DNA of 44,819 bases from Chthoniobacteraceae bacterium (GTDB taxonomy: Bacteria; Verrucomicrobiota; Verrucomicrobiia; Chthoniobacterales; Chthoniobacteraceae): NCBI GenBank assembly GCA_040081625.1, contig JBEBGD010000037.1, positions 1-44,819 of the forward strand, written 5' to 3'. A program made the position numbers and the translations under genes. Shown here one piece after another: positions 9,390-17,067 of the stretch (positions within the stretch are counted from its first letter, which is position 1; every line of letters starts with the position of its first letter). The notes below the pieces were generated by a model. The model ran no database searches and was not told the origin of the DNA. It was given only the letters and a program-made list of their open reading frames with translations.

Positions 9390-9821
9390 CTACACCGGCG
9401 CGCGGAAGATCGCCGTGATCAGCTCATTGATCTTATCCACGACCTGCTGCAACTCGCTCTGCGTCGGCGGATCGCTCACCGTCAGCGAAAGCAGCGCCAC
9501 CGCGACCGGATTGCGCGCCGTGCCGGCGATCGCCGCATCGAGCGCCGCATTGGTCACCTCACCCGCCGCGCCAGTATCACCCTGCGGTCCCTGCCCTCCG
9601 TCATTCCCGCGCGGGATGCCAAAGCTCAAGTGCAGCACCCCGGCGACCAGACTCGCCTCCACCGTCGCCGGCTCGCCGGGATTGAGCGTCACGATCCCAT
9701 CGATCACCACACCCGCGAGCGTGCCGGCGGCGATGAGCGCGTTGAGCGCATTGAGCTGTCCGCGCATCGCGTTCGCATCCGCGAGCGTGTTCGGAGTGGG
9801 GAAGTTTGGATCGTATGGCAT
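9390..9821 (-). CDS. Small hypothetical protein with a short collagen-like segment and coiled-coil ends (phage fibre-like)
   Basis: MPYDPNFP..., G-X-Y run GNDGGQGPQGDTGAAGEV, C-terminal PPTQSELQQVVDKINELITAI. An A/C-rich leader precedes the ATG. Confidence 0.8.
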   Translation of the reverse strand: MPYDPNFPTPNTLADANAMRGQLNALNALIAAGTLAGVVIDGIVTLNPGEPATVEASLVAGVLHLSFGIPRGNDGGQGPQGDTGAAGEVTNAALDAAIAGTARNPVAVALLSLTVSDPPTQSELQQVVDKINELITAIFRAPV

Positions 9822-9893
9822 GACGTCGGGTGTGTTTGATTGATGGTTGATCGTGGATGGAAATGGCGCGCCGCCCCGTCATCGCTCGCCCGC

Positions 9894-10206
9894 CATCGGG
9901 CGATTCATCCCGCCGGTGAACTCATTCATCGCGGCAGTGAGTTCATTCATCGGGCGGGTGAGTTCATTCACCGCGAAGCTGAATTCATTCACCAGCAAGG
10001 TGAGTTCATTCACCGGCAACCTGAATTCATTCACCCGCGAGGTGAATTGATTCACCGCCGACATGAATGAACTCATCGAAAAGGTGAACTCATTCACCTC
10101 GGAGCTAAATGAATTCACCTCCGGCATGAATGAATTCACCTCGGTAGGTGAATTAATTCACCTTCTCCGGTGAATTCATTCACCACGGCACCTAAATTAA
10201 ATGCGC
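9894..10206. repeat. Array of 16-bp near-palindromic units (consensus GGTGAAT-NN-ATTCACC) with 5-6 nt unique spacers; 21/22-bp period
   Basis: Units start at 9915, 9936, 9957, 9978, 9999, 10020, 10041, 10062, 10083, 10104, 10125, 10147 and 10169, with degenerate units at 9894 and 10191. Confidence 0.95.
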
Positions 10207-10249
10207 GAAAGGCAGGCATTTGCGGGAAATGGCTGTTTTGAACCACCAG

Positions 10250-10858
10250 CTATGGGCCGGGAGGCGGATTGCCCCCGCCGCCACCACCACCGCCGCCCGG
10301 CGCCGGCGGCTCCTCCTCGCCACCACCCGGTCCCTGACCGTCAAACTGGTCCCGCAACATCTCATAAAGCGCCTGCAAGCCCGGCACGTCGCCCTTCCCC
10401 GCCTTCACCGCTTCGTAAAACTTGCGCGATTGACGGTAACGCTCGGCACCGACCACCGCCCTCGTGTCGTGAAGCTTCATCAGCAGCGCCACGATCAGGA
10501 TTTCCACTTCCCCGAGCTGGGTGAAATAGTTCTCGTCCTTGTCCCATTCCGCCTTGCTGATGAAACCCGGCAACACAGTCGGGAAACTCTCCGCCCCGGA
10601 AATGGCCGTCTCGCAAAAGCTCTCGCGTCCAGCCGCCACACGCTGGAGCCGCCTGCGCTCGTCCTCGGTCAGCACGGACAGGGCGGGAAACATGGGATTG
10701 AGCGCGAGGATGGCCGCCTTCAGGTCGGCCAATCCCTGCACCGTGAACTCAGCGGAGATATTTTGGATAGGCATGGGAGTGTTTGGATTTTCCGCCACCG
10801 GCGCCCACGAACTCTGGTTCCAGAAAGACTGTGTCCAGATCATGGGAGTCGCTGGCAT
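10250..10858 (-). CDS. All-helical hypothetical protein with Trp-rich leader and Gly/Pro tail; alternative start 10774
   Basis: QNISAEFT...LTEDERRRLQRV...F....LP.FI...EW.KD...DT..VVGAE.Y.....FYEAVK...PGLQALYE.L..QF. I recall this pattern from a widespread uncharacterised family (unverified). Confidence 0.85.
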   Translation of the reverse strand: MPATPMIWTQSFWNQSSWAPVAENPNTPMPIQNISAEFTVQGLADLKAAILALNPMFPALSVLTEDERRRLQRVAAGRESFCETAISGAESFPTVLPGFISKAEWDKDENYFTQLGEVEILIVALLMKLHDTRAVVGAERYRQSRKFYEAVKAGKGDVPGLQALYEMLRDQFDGQGPGGGEEEPPAPGGGGGGGGGNPPPGP

Positions 10859-10867
10859 GGCCTACCG

Positions 10868-11320
10868 CTACGCCGCCCCGTTCCCGTGCGAAACGCAACT
10901 ACTGTTGCTTCGTTCCATCACCCACCGAGCCTGTATATTCCAGCCTTCCGCGACGACCACGAATCCCTGCTCGCAATCCGGCCGCAAAAAACACACCCGC
11001 AGAAACGTCCCGAACTGCGTCCGCTTTCCCCGGCGCCTGAGCAGCTTCTCGAACCCCTGCCGCGACAACCCCACCTCCGCCCCCAGGTCGCCCACCGAGC
11101 GGCCTCGCTCCCGATACGCCTGCCACAGCCAATCGATGAAAGCCTTCTCCATCAACCGGATCACCGCATCCGAGACGACCCGCCCCGGCGCAGCCCCCGC
11201 CTTCCGCCGCTTCAGCTTCCGTTTCCGCCTGAGCTTCACCCTCCGCTCCCTGGCTTTATCGCTGAATTTCCGGGAAGCGCCATGCGCCGCCCGGCCGGAA
11301 CGAGATGATGAAGTCTTCAC
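10868..11320 (-). CDS. Putative XRE/Cro-like HTH DNA-binding protein with a basic N-terminus (start GTG 11320 or GTG 11239)
   Basis: YRERGRSVGDLGAEVGLSRQGFEKLLRR...TQFGTFLRVC fits an HTH_3-like pattern. The stop is 9 nt before the next ATG. Confidence 0.6.
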   Translation of the reverse strand: MKTSSSRSGRAAHGASRKFSDKARERRVKLRRKRKLKRRKAGAAPGRVVSDAVIRLMEKAFIDWLWQAYRERGRSVGDLGAEVGLSRQGFEKLLRRRGKRTQFGTFLRVCFLRPDCEQGFVVVAEGWNIQARWVMERSNSSCVSHGNGAA

Positions 11321-11673
11321 ACTCGCGGTTACACCTCCCGCCGCCCATTGTTACAAAATAGCCGAAGATTTCTCGCGCCCCGCCAGCCCGGCCTGCCAGG
11401 CGGCTAAGTTTCGCCGTAGCGCCGGCTCTCTGAGCCGAAGGAGAACGCGCAGCTCGCAGAACGATCGGCTCAGAACGCCGACGCGACACCCGCCGTTCGC
11501 CAAAATGAGCCGCCACCAATATTTCTTGCCCAGCAAAGCGAAACCCGCTGTCCTCCGAAGCGGCCCGAAATGAATCCCAAGCCGCCCCAGCCATCGCCAC
11601 AGTTAACCGGCGAAACCTTCCGATCGACAAACGCCGAACCCCCACCGCCGGCAAAGCACCCCCGCCCCGCTCA

Positions 11674-11885
11674 TGCCCCGCAGGGGCAGCCAGACCTTAG
11701 CCCCGGGTGCCAACCCGGGGACCCCCACCGCCCCGCGAATGCACCCCGGACGGGGTGCGGGAATCATCGTCGAGCTTCCCGCGCCGCCGTCCGGGGCGCA
11801 TCCCATCGGACGCGTGTTCCCGGTGGTTTTCGCTCGCTTCACTCGCTCCACCACCGGCTAATATCCGATGTCTCTTCGGGACATG
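11674..11885. repeat. REP/MITE-like hairpin cluster
   Basis: Hairpins TGCCCC-GCA-GGGGCA, CCCCGGGT-GCCA-ACCCGGGG, GCACCCCG-GA-CGGGGTGC, CCGGTGGT...ACCACCGG and TGTCTC-TTC-GGGACA. Confidence 0.6.
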
Positions 11886-11953
11886 CCGAGAGCGTGAACG
11901 CCCCCATCAATCCCTCACTCACCCGCTGGCCGGAAATCCCCCAGCCGATTTCC

Positions 11954-12118
11954 CTCGCTCCCAAGTTGAGGACTTGGGAGCGGACCCCTGCCGGGGCAAC
12001 TGCAGTTGCCGTGGCAGGTGGTGGATGTTCGGCCGGCCACATTCAGGCCACCTCTCACCGCGAAGCTCAGATTCCGCCGCGCAATTCTCCGTTCCCAAGC
12101 CCTCAGCTTCGGAACGAA
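11954..12118. repeat. Second REP/MITE-like element
   Basis: CGCTCCCAAGT-N5-ACTTGGGAGCG, GGCAACTGCAGTTGCC, and a related terminal hairpin CGTTCCCAAGC...GCTTCGGAACG. Confidence 0.6.
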
Positions 12119-12274
12119 CGGAAGACCCGCCGCCCCGATCTTGCCCAGGAGGGGCAACCCCTATTTAGATTCCCAACTCCCCACCAACGCACTCCGGGAC
12201 CTTTTGATCTCCCTGGATTTTAGAGAGAATATTTTCCCGCGCCCTTTCCCCCGCTACCCCTGCCCCGTTGCCTA

Positions 12275-14257
12275 ATGAAAAAGCAAGAGAAGAATGAGCG
12301 CTCGCAAAAATCGGTTTCGAAGCCCGATGAGATGCTTGACAAACGCGCGCTGCGCCACTCGTGGCGCTACTTAGTAAACTACCTCGGCACTTCACTTCCC
12401 AAGTCATTCACCAGTTTAATGGAGGCAGTCCCTTGTAGCCCGAAAGAGGATCTCCTCAGCATCTGTGAATGTTGGATGGATCTCACTGGAGCGCAATGGA
12501 TCTGGCTATGGATGCTACTACCGGATTTACCCGGAGAGAGCGCAGGATGGCAGATTCAAAGCACTTGGCCCCCTAAGGGTCGCTTCCAACCTAAACCGCT
12601 GAAAGTCAAACCGACATCCCGCGCTGTTGTGCATTGGTGCATTGAGAAAGATCGTGCTGAGTTCGTTTCGAACATGAAGGGATGGGTGAGGCGCACAAAA
12701 ACGAATGAGTATAGAGTGCTTCGAGCAGATGAGATTTTGGATCATGGCGGGCAGTCATTTCTCTGCATTCCGCTAATGTTTCCATCCCATGGCGCTGTCC
12801 GAAAACGACTCTCGCAGCAGAATTCTCCAATCGCCGGTATCGTTCGGGGGGCAATGTGCATTCATTTCGATAGGCACAATCCGAAGATCGCATTTCTGCC
12901 TCAGCCGATGCTAATGGTAATGGCGAAGGCGACTACGCTCGCCATTGTAAATTCCGTTGGGGCATCGCAGCGCAGAATCTTGAACGAACTCGATCTCCTT
13001 GCTACGCGATTTATGACGCGCGTTGACTTAAGGGCGGAACGCCAGCGACTCCTCTACTTAGGAGAAGTAATTAAGCTGATGCGGAAGCAGTTAAACGTTG
13101 AATTTGTGACATTCTTCTATCGCACGTCTGAAGGCTCCGAAATCGAATGCATAGCGACAACGGGACTCGAACAAGTCGTGCCCACAAGCAGAGGCCGGCG
13201 CGGAATGCGGCTGGCGAAAAAGGATCTATATTTGGCCAGATACACGAAGGGGCAGGGCGTCACAGGCCGAGTTTTCGAAAGCGGCGAGCCTTTTATCTGC
13301 CAAGCCGATCGCCCGGCGCGTCCATCGACAGAGTCTTGCTCATGGCGCGAAACCCCATGCACCATCCTTGAAGATTCCCGCTCGTGGGTCGTCTGGCCAA
13401 TCAAAACCCCTGTAGCAAAAGCAAAAGGCGCTGATCCGAGCAATTCCGTCCTAGGAATCATCCGTTGCGTGGACAACCGGCAGCCGGACAATCAAAATGC
13501 AGTGCGAGCATTTGACCCGGTTCAACTCGAGACTCTTAACTTCATCGCTGCGCAACTCGCTCCGATCCTTGCTGCGATGGCAGTTAGCATAGAGCGAGAA
13601 AGGATGATCAACTTCATCAAGCACGACTTGATTACACCGATGCTGCCGGTCCAATCTCACATCGAGGATCTCAAGTTGCACTTTCGTGGTAAGCGGAAGA
13701 TTCCCCGCTCTGCGGTATCGAGCCTCAAGTCGGCAGTGTTTATGGAGCAGAACCTCGCCCAGTCCCTTACGGCTCCACGGAACTTCCAACCGAGCCAGGT
13801 GAATCTCCATCACGATGTGATCGCGCCAATGCGGAACGGAATTTCCCATTTTGCGTGGGAGGAAAAGCGCATGAAGATTATCTACACGAACTTCGGCAAG
13901 ATTCCGTGGCTGCACGTCGACCGCGATTTGGTGGCACGGGCGCTGACTAATGTGCTCACCAACGCAATCAAGTATGGAGAGAAAGGCAGCACCATTCGGG
14001 TAAACGCTCGGTCGAACGCTACCAACTACCTCATCGAAGTCATCAATGACGGAATTGGTGTCGCGCGTCGGGATCAAAAGCGAATCTTTCTTGGCACCTA
14101 CCGGGCGAAAGAAGCGCAGGAACTCGCATTCGGTGCTGGGAACGGACTGAAGATTGCTCGCGCGATCATGCGCCGACACAGAGGAGATCTGCACTTGCAT
14201 CGTCGGACTAAACCGACCATATTTACTTTACTGTTTTCAAAAGATCTCGCTTGTTGA
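12275..14257 (+). CDS. Cytoplasmic GAF-domain sensor histidine kinase
   Basis: H-box FIKHDLITPM, N-box NVLTNAIKYG, G1 NDGIGV, G2 GAGNGLKIAR. GAF signature GQGVTGRVFESGEP...VWPI...LGIIRC. Codon usage is visibly more A/T-rich than the flanks. Confidence 0.88.
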   Translation: MKKQEKNERSQKSVSKPDEMLDKRALRHSWRYLVNYLGTSLPKSFTSLMEAVPCSPKEDLLSICECWMDLTGAQWIWLWMLLPDLPGESAGWQIQSTWPPKGRFQPKPLKVKPTSRAVVHWCIEKDRAEFVSNMKGWVRRTKTNEYRVLRADEILDHGGQSFLCIPLMFPSHGAVRKRLSQQNSPIAGIVRGAMCIHFDRHNPKIAFLPQPMLMVMAKATTLAIVNSVGASQRRILNELDLLATRFMTRVDLRAERQRLLYLGEVIKLMRKQLNVEFVTFFYRTSEGSEIECIATTGLEQVVPTSRGRRGMRLAKKDLYLARYTKGQGVTGRVFESGEPFICQADRPARPSTESCSWRETPCTILEDSRSWVVWPIKTPVAKAKGADPSNSVLGIIRCVDNRQPDNQNAVRAFDPVQLETLNFIAAQLAPILAAMAVSIERERMINFIKHDLITPMLPVQSHIEDLKLHFRGKRKIPRSAVSSLKSAVFMEQNLAQSLTAPRNFQPSQVNLHHDVIAPMRNGISHFAWEEKRMKIIYTNFGKIPWLHVDRDLVARALTNVLTNAIKYGEKGSTIRVNARSNATNYLIEVINDGIGVARRDQKRIFLGTYRAKEAQELAFGAGNGLKIARAIMRRHRGDLHLHRRTKPTIFTLLFSKDLAC

Positions 14258-14280
14258 TTTAACTACCGCCTCCGAAACAC

Positions 14281-14847
14281 ATGAAATCGAAGATACTTTT
14301 GGTCGACGACGCGAAATCGCCGATGAAAGGCTACATTAATATTCTGCGCGATACTTACGATGTGAAGCAGTGCGATGGAGCTGTGTTTGCGGAAAATGTC
14401 TTAAAGGAGCTGGCAGGAAGGTTTGCCTGCGCGATCATTGACGTGATGATGCCGCCGCCGCCGAGTTGGGGTGCGGGGACGCAATGCGGGTTTAAGACCG
14501 GGATTGTGCTCCTGCGACGAGTCCGCGACCAGGTCACGAGCGATTACCTTCCTATAATTGTTCTCACCAATCGCGATCGGCAGGAGATTACCGCCGATGT
14601 CAACGAGCTGAATCTTTTCACCGCTCAAGTTCAAGTTCTGGCAAAATTGACGACCCAACCGCGTGAGCTGCTGGCCGCAGTGAACGCCGCGGTGGCTTGG
14701 GGTAAGCGGAAACGGAAAACGCGTCTGACCAAAACAGGACCGGGTAAAGTTTCAAAACCTGGATCAAGAAAAGATCGACCGGCGAGCAAGAAGGCACCAT
14801 CGCGAGGTAACGCTGGAAAGAAGAATACACGAACGAAGCAAATGTAG
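14281..14847 (+). CDS. Response regulator (receiver domain + Lys/Arg-rich tail)
   Basis: ILLVDD, IIDVMMP, IVLTN and LAK receiver motifs. Lies 23 nt after the kinase. Confidence 0.85.
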   Translation: MKSKILLVDDAKSPMKGYINILRDTYDVKQCDGAVFAENVLKELAGRFACAIIDVMMPPPPSWGAGTQCGFKTGIVLLRRVRDQVTSDYLPIIVLTNRDRQEITADVNELNLFTAQVQVLAKLTTQPRELLAAVNAAVAWGKRKRKTRLTKTGPGKVSKPGSRKDRPASKKAPSRGNAGKKNTRTKQM

Positions 14848-15176
14848 TGCGTAGTTGAACGATATGCGGGAGCGTTCCCGGGAAAGGCGAGATTCCAAGA
14901 ACGTAAGCACATTTAGGAAAGGAGCATGGAAAGGAAGTCGGGAGAATATTCTTGCCCCACATCGCGATATCACGGCCCTCCCACCGTCCCACTGCGACGC
15001 AAAAGCGAAAGTTTCGGCGCTCCGTGCCACACTCCACGACTGGCCGGAATACGAAGCCGGTTCTCGTGCGGCGGCGGCGCGTCGGAGTCACCCCGATGCA
15101 AACGGCTGCTCTGAGAAGGAGTCGGATGTAGGTAGCGTAAGGAAATTCATGCTACCCGCGCGACTTGAGACGGAGG

Positions 15177-15578
15177 CTATGGCTGCAGCCAGTCTTCGAC
15201 CGTCAACCCATCGATGCGGAGAAACTCACGCGTGTTGTGCGAGGCGAGGATCAACCCGGCGTCGAGCGCATGGCCCGCGATGAGCACGTCGAACGGCCCG
15301 ATTGCAGTGCTTGTCTGCTCAAGGGGGTGCCTCACCTTCGCGGCTCGCGCGGCTTCCTTATCACCAAAGGGCAGCACACAGACCACCGAGAGCAGTTCGT
15401 CAATCTTTGCTCTCTCACGTCCAGGCTCCGCACAACGCTCCAGCCCATGATACAGCTCAAACGCGGTGATCGAGGATACGGCGCAATCTCCCGGTTGGAG
15501 TCGTTGCATCCGCGCGCGCACTTGCAGATTCCGTCGCATCAGCGCGATGCAAATGTTGGTATCGAGCAGGACCTTCAC
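15177..15578 (-). CDS. vapC: VapC-family PIN-domain toxin
   Basis: LLDTNICI, SSITAFELYHG, IGPFDVLIAGHA, HNTREFLRI. Confidence 0.95.
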   Translation of the reverse strand: MKVLLDTNICIALMRRNLQVRARMQRLQPGDCAVSSITAFELYHGLERCAEPGRERAKIDELLSVVCVLPFGDKEAARAAKVRHPLEQTSTAIGPFDVLIAGHALDAGLILASHNTREFLRIDGLTVEDWLQP

Positions 15579-15581
15579 CTC

Positions 15582-15827
15582 TCAAAATGCCACGCCCGAC
15601 GGCATCTCGCCCTGCGGCGGGCGCGCGAACGCTGGGTCATCGATTGCGATGCGCTCGAAGAATCCGGGTGGCCACGAGTCGGGCGGGCAATTCCTGCACG
15701 GTTTCAGTTCGAGGTGGTCGCCGACCAATACCGCTTCGAGCTTCGCGCCTTCGCGAACGTGGAGGCCCTCACGAATGGCCTCCGGCAGAACGAGTAGGCC
15801 GTTCTTTTCGAGTGTGATGGTGGTCAT
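15582..15827 (-). CDS. vapB: AbrB/MazE-fold antitoxin (VapB-like)
   Basis: MTTITLEKNGLLVLPEAIREGLHVREGAKL is an AbrB fold. C-terminal WPPGFFE...DPAFARPPQG. Lies directly upstream of vapC. Confidence 0.85.
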   Translation of the reverse strand: MTTITLEKNGLLVLPEAIREGLHVREGAKLEAVLVGDHLELKPCRNCPPDSWPPGFFERIAIDDPAFARPPQGEMPSGVAF

Positions 15828-16034
15828 GGCGCATCGTAGCGGCGTCATGGCCGGACGGCAAGGCGCAGGAAGGGTGCGCGGGAACGGGACACCAGCGTAT
15901 TCCTGTCCACCGCAATTTTGCACTTCAGACGTCGTGGTTCCTGTGATCTTCACCACCTGCCATTCGTCGATTCATCGCTCGCCATTTCCCCGCGAACCCG
16001 GCAGACCTTTTCGCGACTTATCAACCCTTCAACC

Positions 16035-17039
16035 ATGATCACCTTCCCTTCCCTCCAATCCCGGCAAATCTTCGCGGCATGTTTCGCATTTTGCATCGCG
16101 GGAATCGCCGTGGCCCAGACGCCGCTCGCTCCGCCGGTGAAGCCGACGGTGAGCGGCAAGTTCATCGGCAATGGGAAGAATGCGGCGATCAAGTTTGTGA
16201 CGGCGGGTGAACGCGAGGCGTTCAGCGGGAAGGAGGCAATCTCGCTGATTTTTACGGAGAAGGATCCGGCGAAGGCGGAGAAGCCTTCGTTTGATGCGAT
16301 GTTTGGGAGGCTCGGCAGCGCGCTGATCCTGAGCGTGCATCACGACGGCGGAATCTTCGGCTGCGAAGTGAACCACAGCGCGCACCAGAAACAGGGGTTC
16401 AGCGCACTCGGGGAAATCAAGATGGTGGAGTTTAAGATCGCGGGCGGGAACGTGAGCGGACGCGTAAGCACGGGAAAGGAACTCGATGCGTTTGGCGAGA
16501 AGTGGGAGGTCGATCTCACCTTCGCCGCGCCGCTGCCCCCGGCGCTTCGGAATGCACCCGCGCCCGCTCCGAAGCCGGTCGCGAATGAAGCGGGTGAACC
16601 GGCGAAGAATGCGCGCAGGGCGCCGGCTGGTCCGGTCGTCGCCGCGCGGAAGCTGCCGCTGCCGAAGGATGCGACGGACGTGGAGTTCAAGGCGACGGTG
16701 AACCAGATCCAGTTCAACTGCGGGCGTCCGGTCGAGGCGGTGACGAAGGAGTTTGCGGCGAATCTCAAACAGCAAGGCTGGAAGGACTGCGCGGGGAGCC
16801 TGATGGGGAAGACGAATGCGATCCTAAGGCGCGAGCAGGGCGATGCGAAGCTGACGATCATGATCCAGCCGGCAGGCGCGGGCAGTGTGGTGAAGGTGTT
16901 CACCGATGGCCTCGACTGGAGCGGTGCCAGCGATACGACACCTCCCCCACCCCGGAAATCCCCCGAAGCCACCGCCAATGAGATCGAGGCGCAGGCGCAG
17001 AAGCTGATCCAGGACGCGCTGAAGCGACTGCCGAAGTAG
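16035..17039 (+). CDS. Exported hypothetical protein, two domains with a Pro/Ala linker
   Basis: Signal-like IFAACFAFCIAGIAVA. Host-like codon usage from ATG 16035. Confidence 0.75.
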   Translation: MITFPSLQSRQIFAACFAFCIAGIAVAQTPLAPPVKPTVSGKFIGNGKNAAIKFVTAGEREAFSGKEAISLIFTEKDPAKAEKPSFDAMFGRLGSALILSVHHDGGIFGCEVNHSAHQKQGFSALGEIKMVEFKIAGGNVSGRVSTGKELDAFGEKWEVDLTFAAPLPPALRNAPAPAPKPVANEAGEPAKNARRAPAGPVVAARKLPLPKDATDVEFKATVNQIQFNCGRPVEAVTKEFAANLKQQGWKDCAGSLMGKTNAILRREQGDAKLTIMIQPAGAGSVVKVFTDGLDWSGASDTTPPPPRKSPEATANEIEAQAQKLIQDALKRLPK

Positions 17040-17067
17040 CGGTCGGCGCAGCGCGGCGAGCCCGGCC

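Noticed and set aside
6072..9418. Long antisense and alternate-frame ORFs (e.g. 7691-9418; also 16340-18646, 34119-36494, 42248-44185)
   Set aside because: Shadow ORFs typical of high-GC coding DNA. They are Arg/Ala/Pro-rich, lack motifs and overlap well-supported genes.
9840..10139. Heptad-repeat ORFs (EFIH.../VNSF.../VNEF...) as real CDSs
   Set aside because: They are open in several frames on both strands because of the palindromic repeat. The 22-bp units break frame and there is no convincing start. Not fully excluded for 9879-10139.
9894..10206. CRISPR array
   Set aside because: Repeats are 16 bp and spacers 5-6 nt, far below CRISPR sizes, and there are no cas genes in the window.
12225..14950. 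GAGAATATT direct repeat flanking the two-component genes as a target-site duplication
   Set aside because: Only 9 bp, with no terminal inverted repeats or transposase. The right copy lies in REP-like debris, so chance is plausible.
9390..15827. Prophage or diversity-generating retroelement
   Set aside because: No terminase, capsid, integrase or reverse transcriptase, and no template/variable repeat pair was seen.
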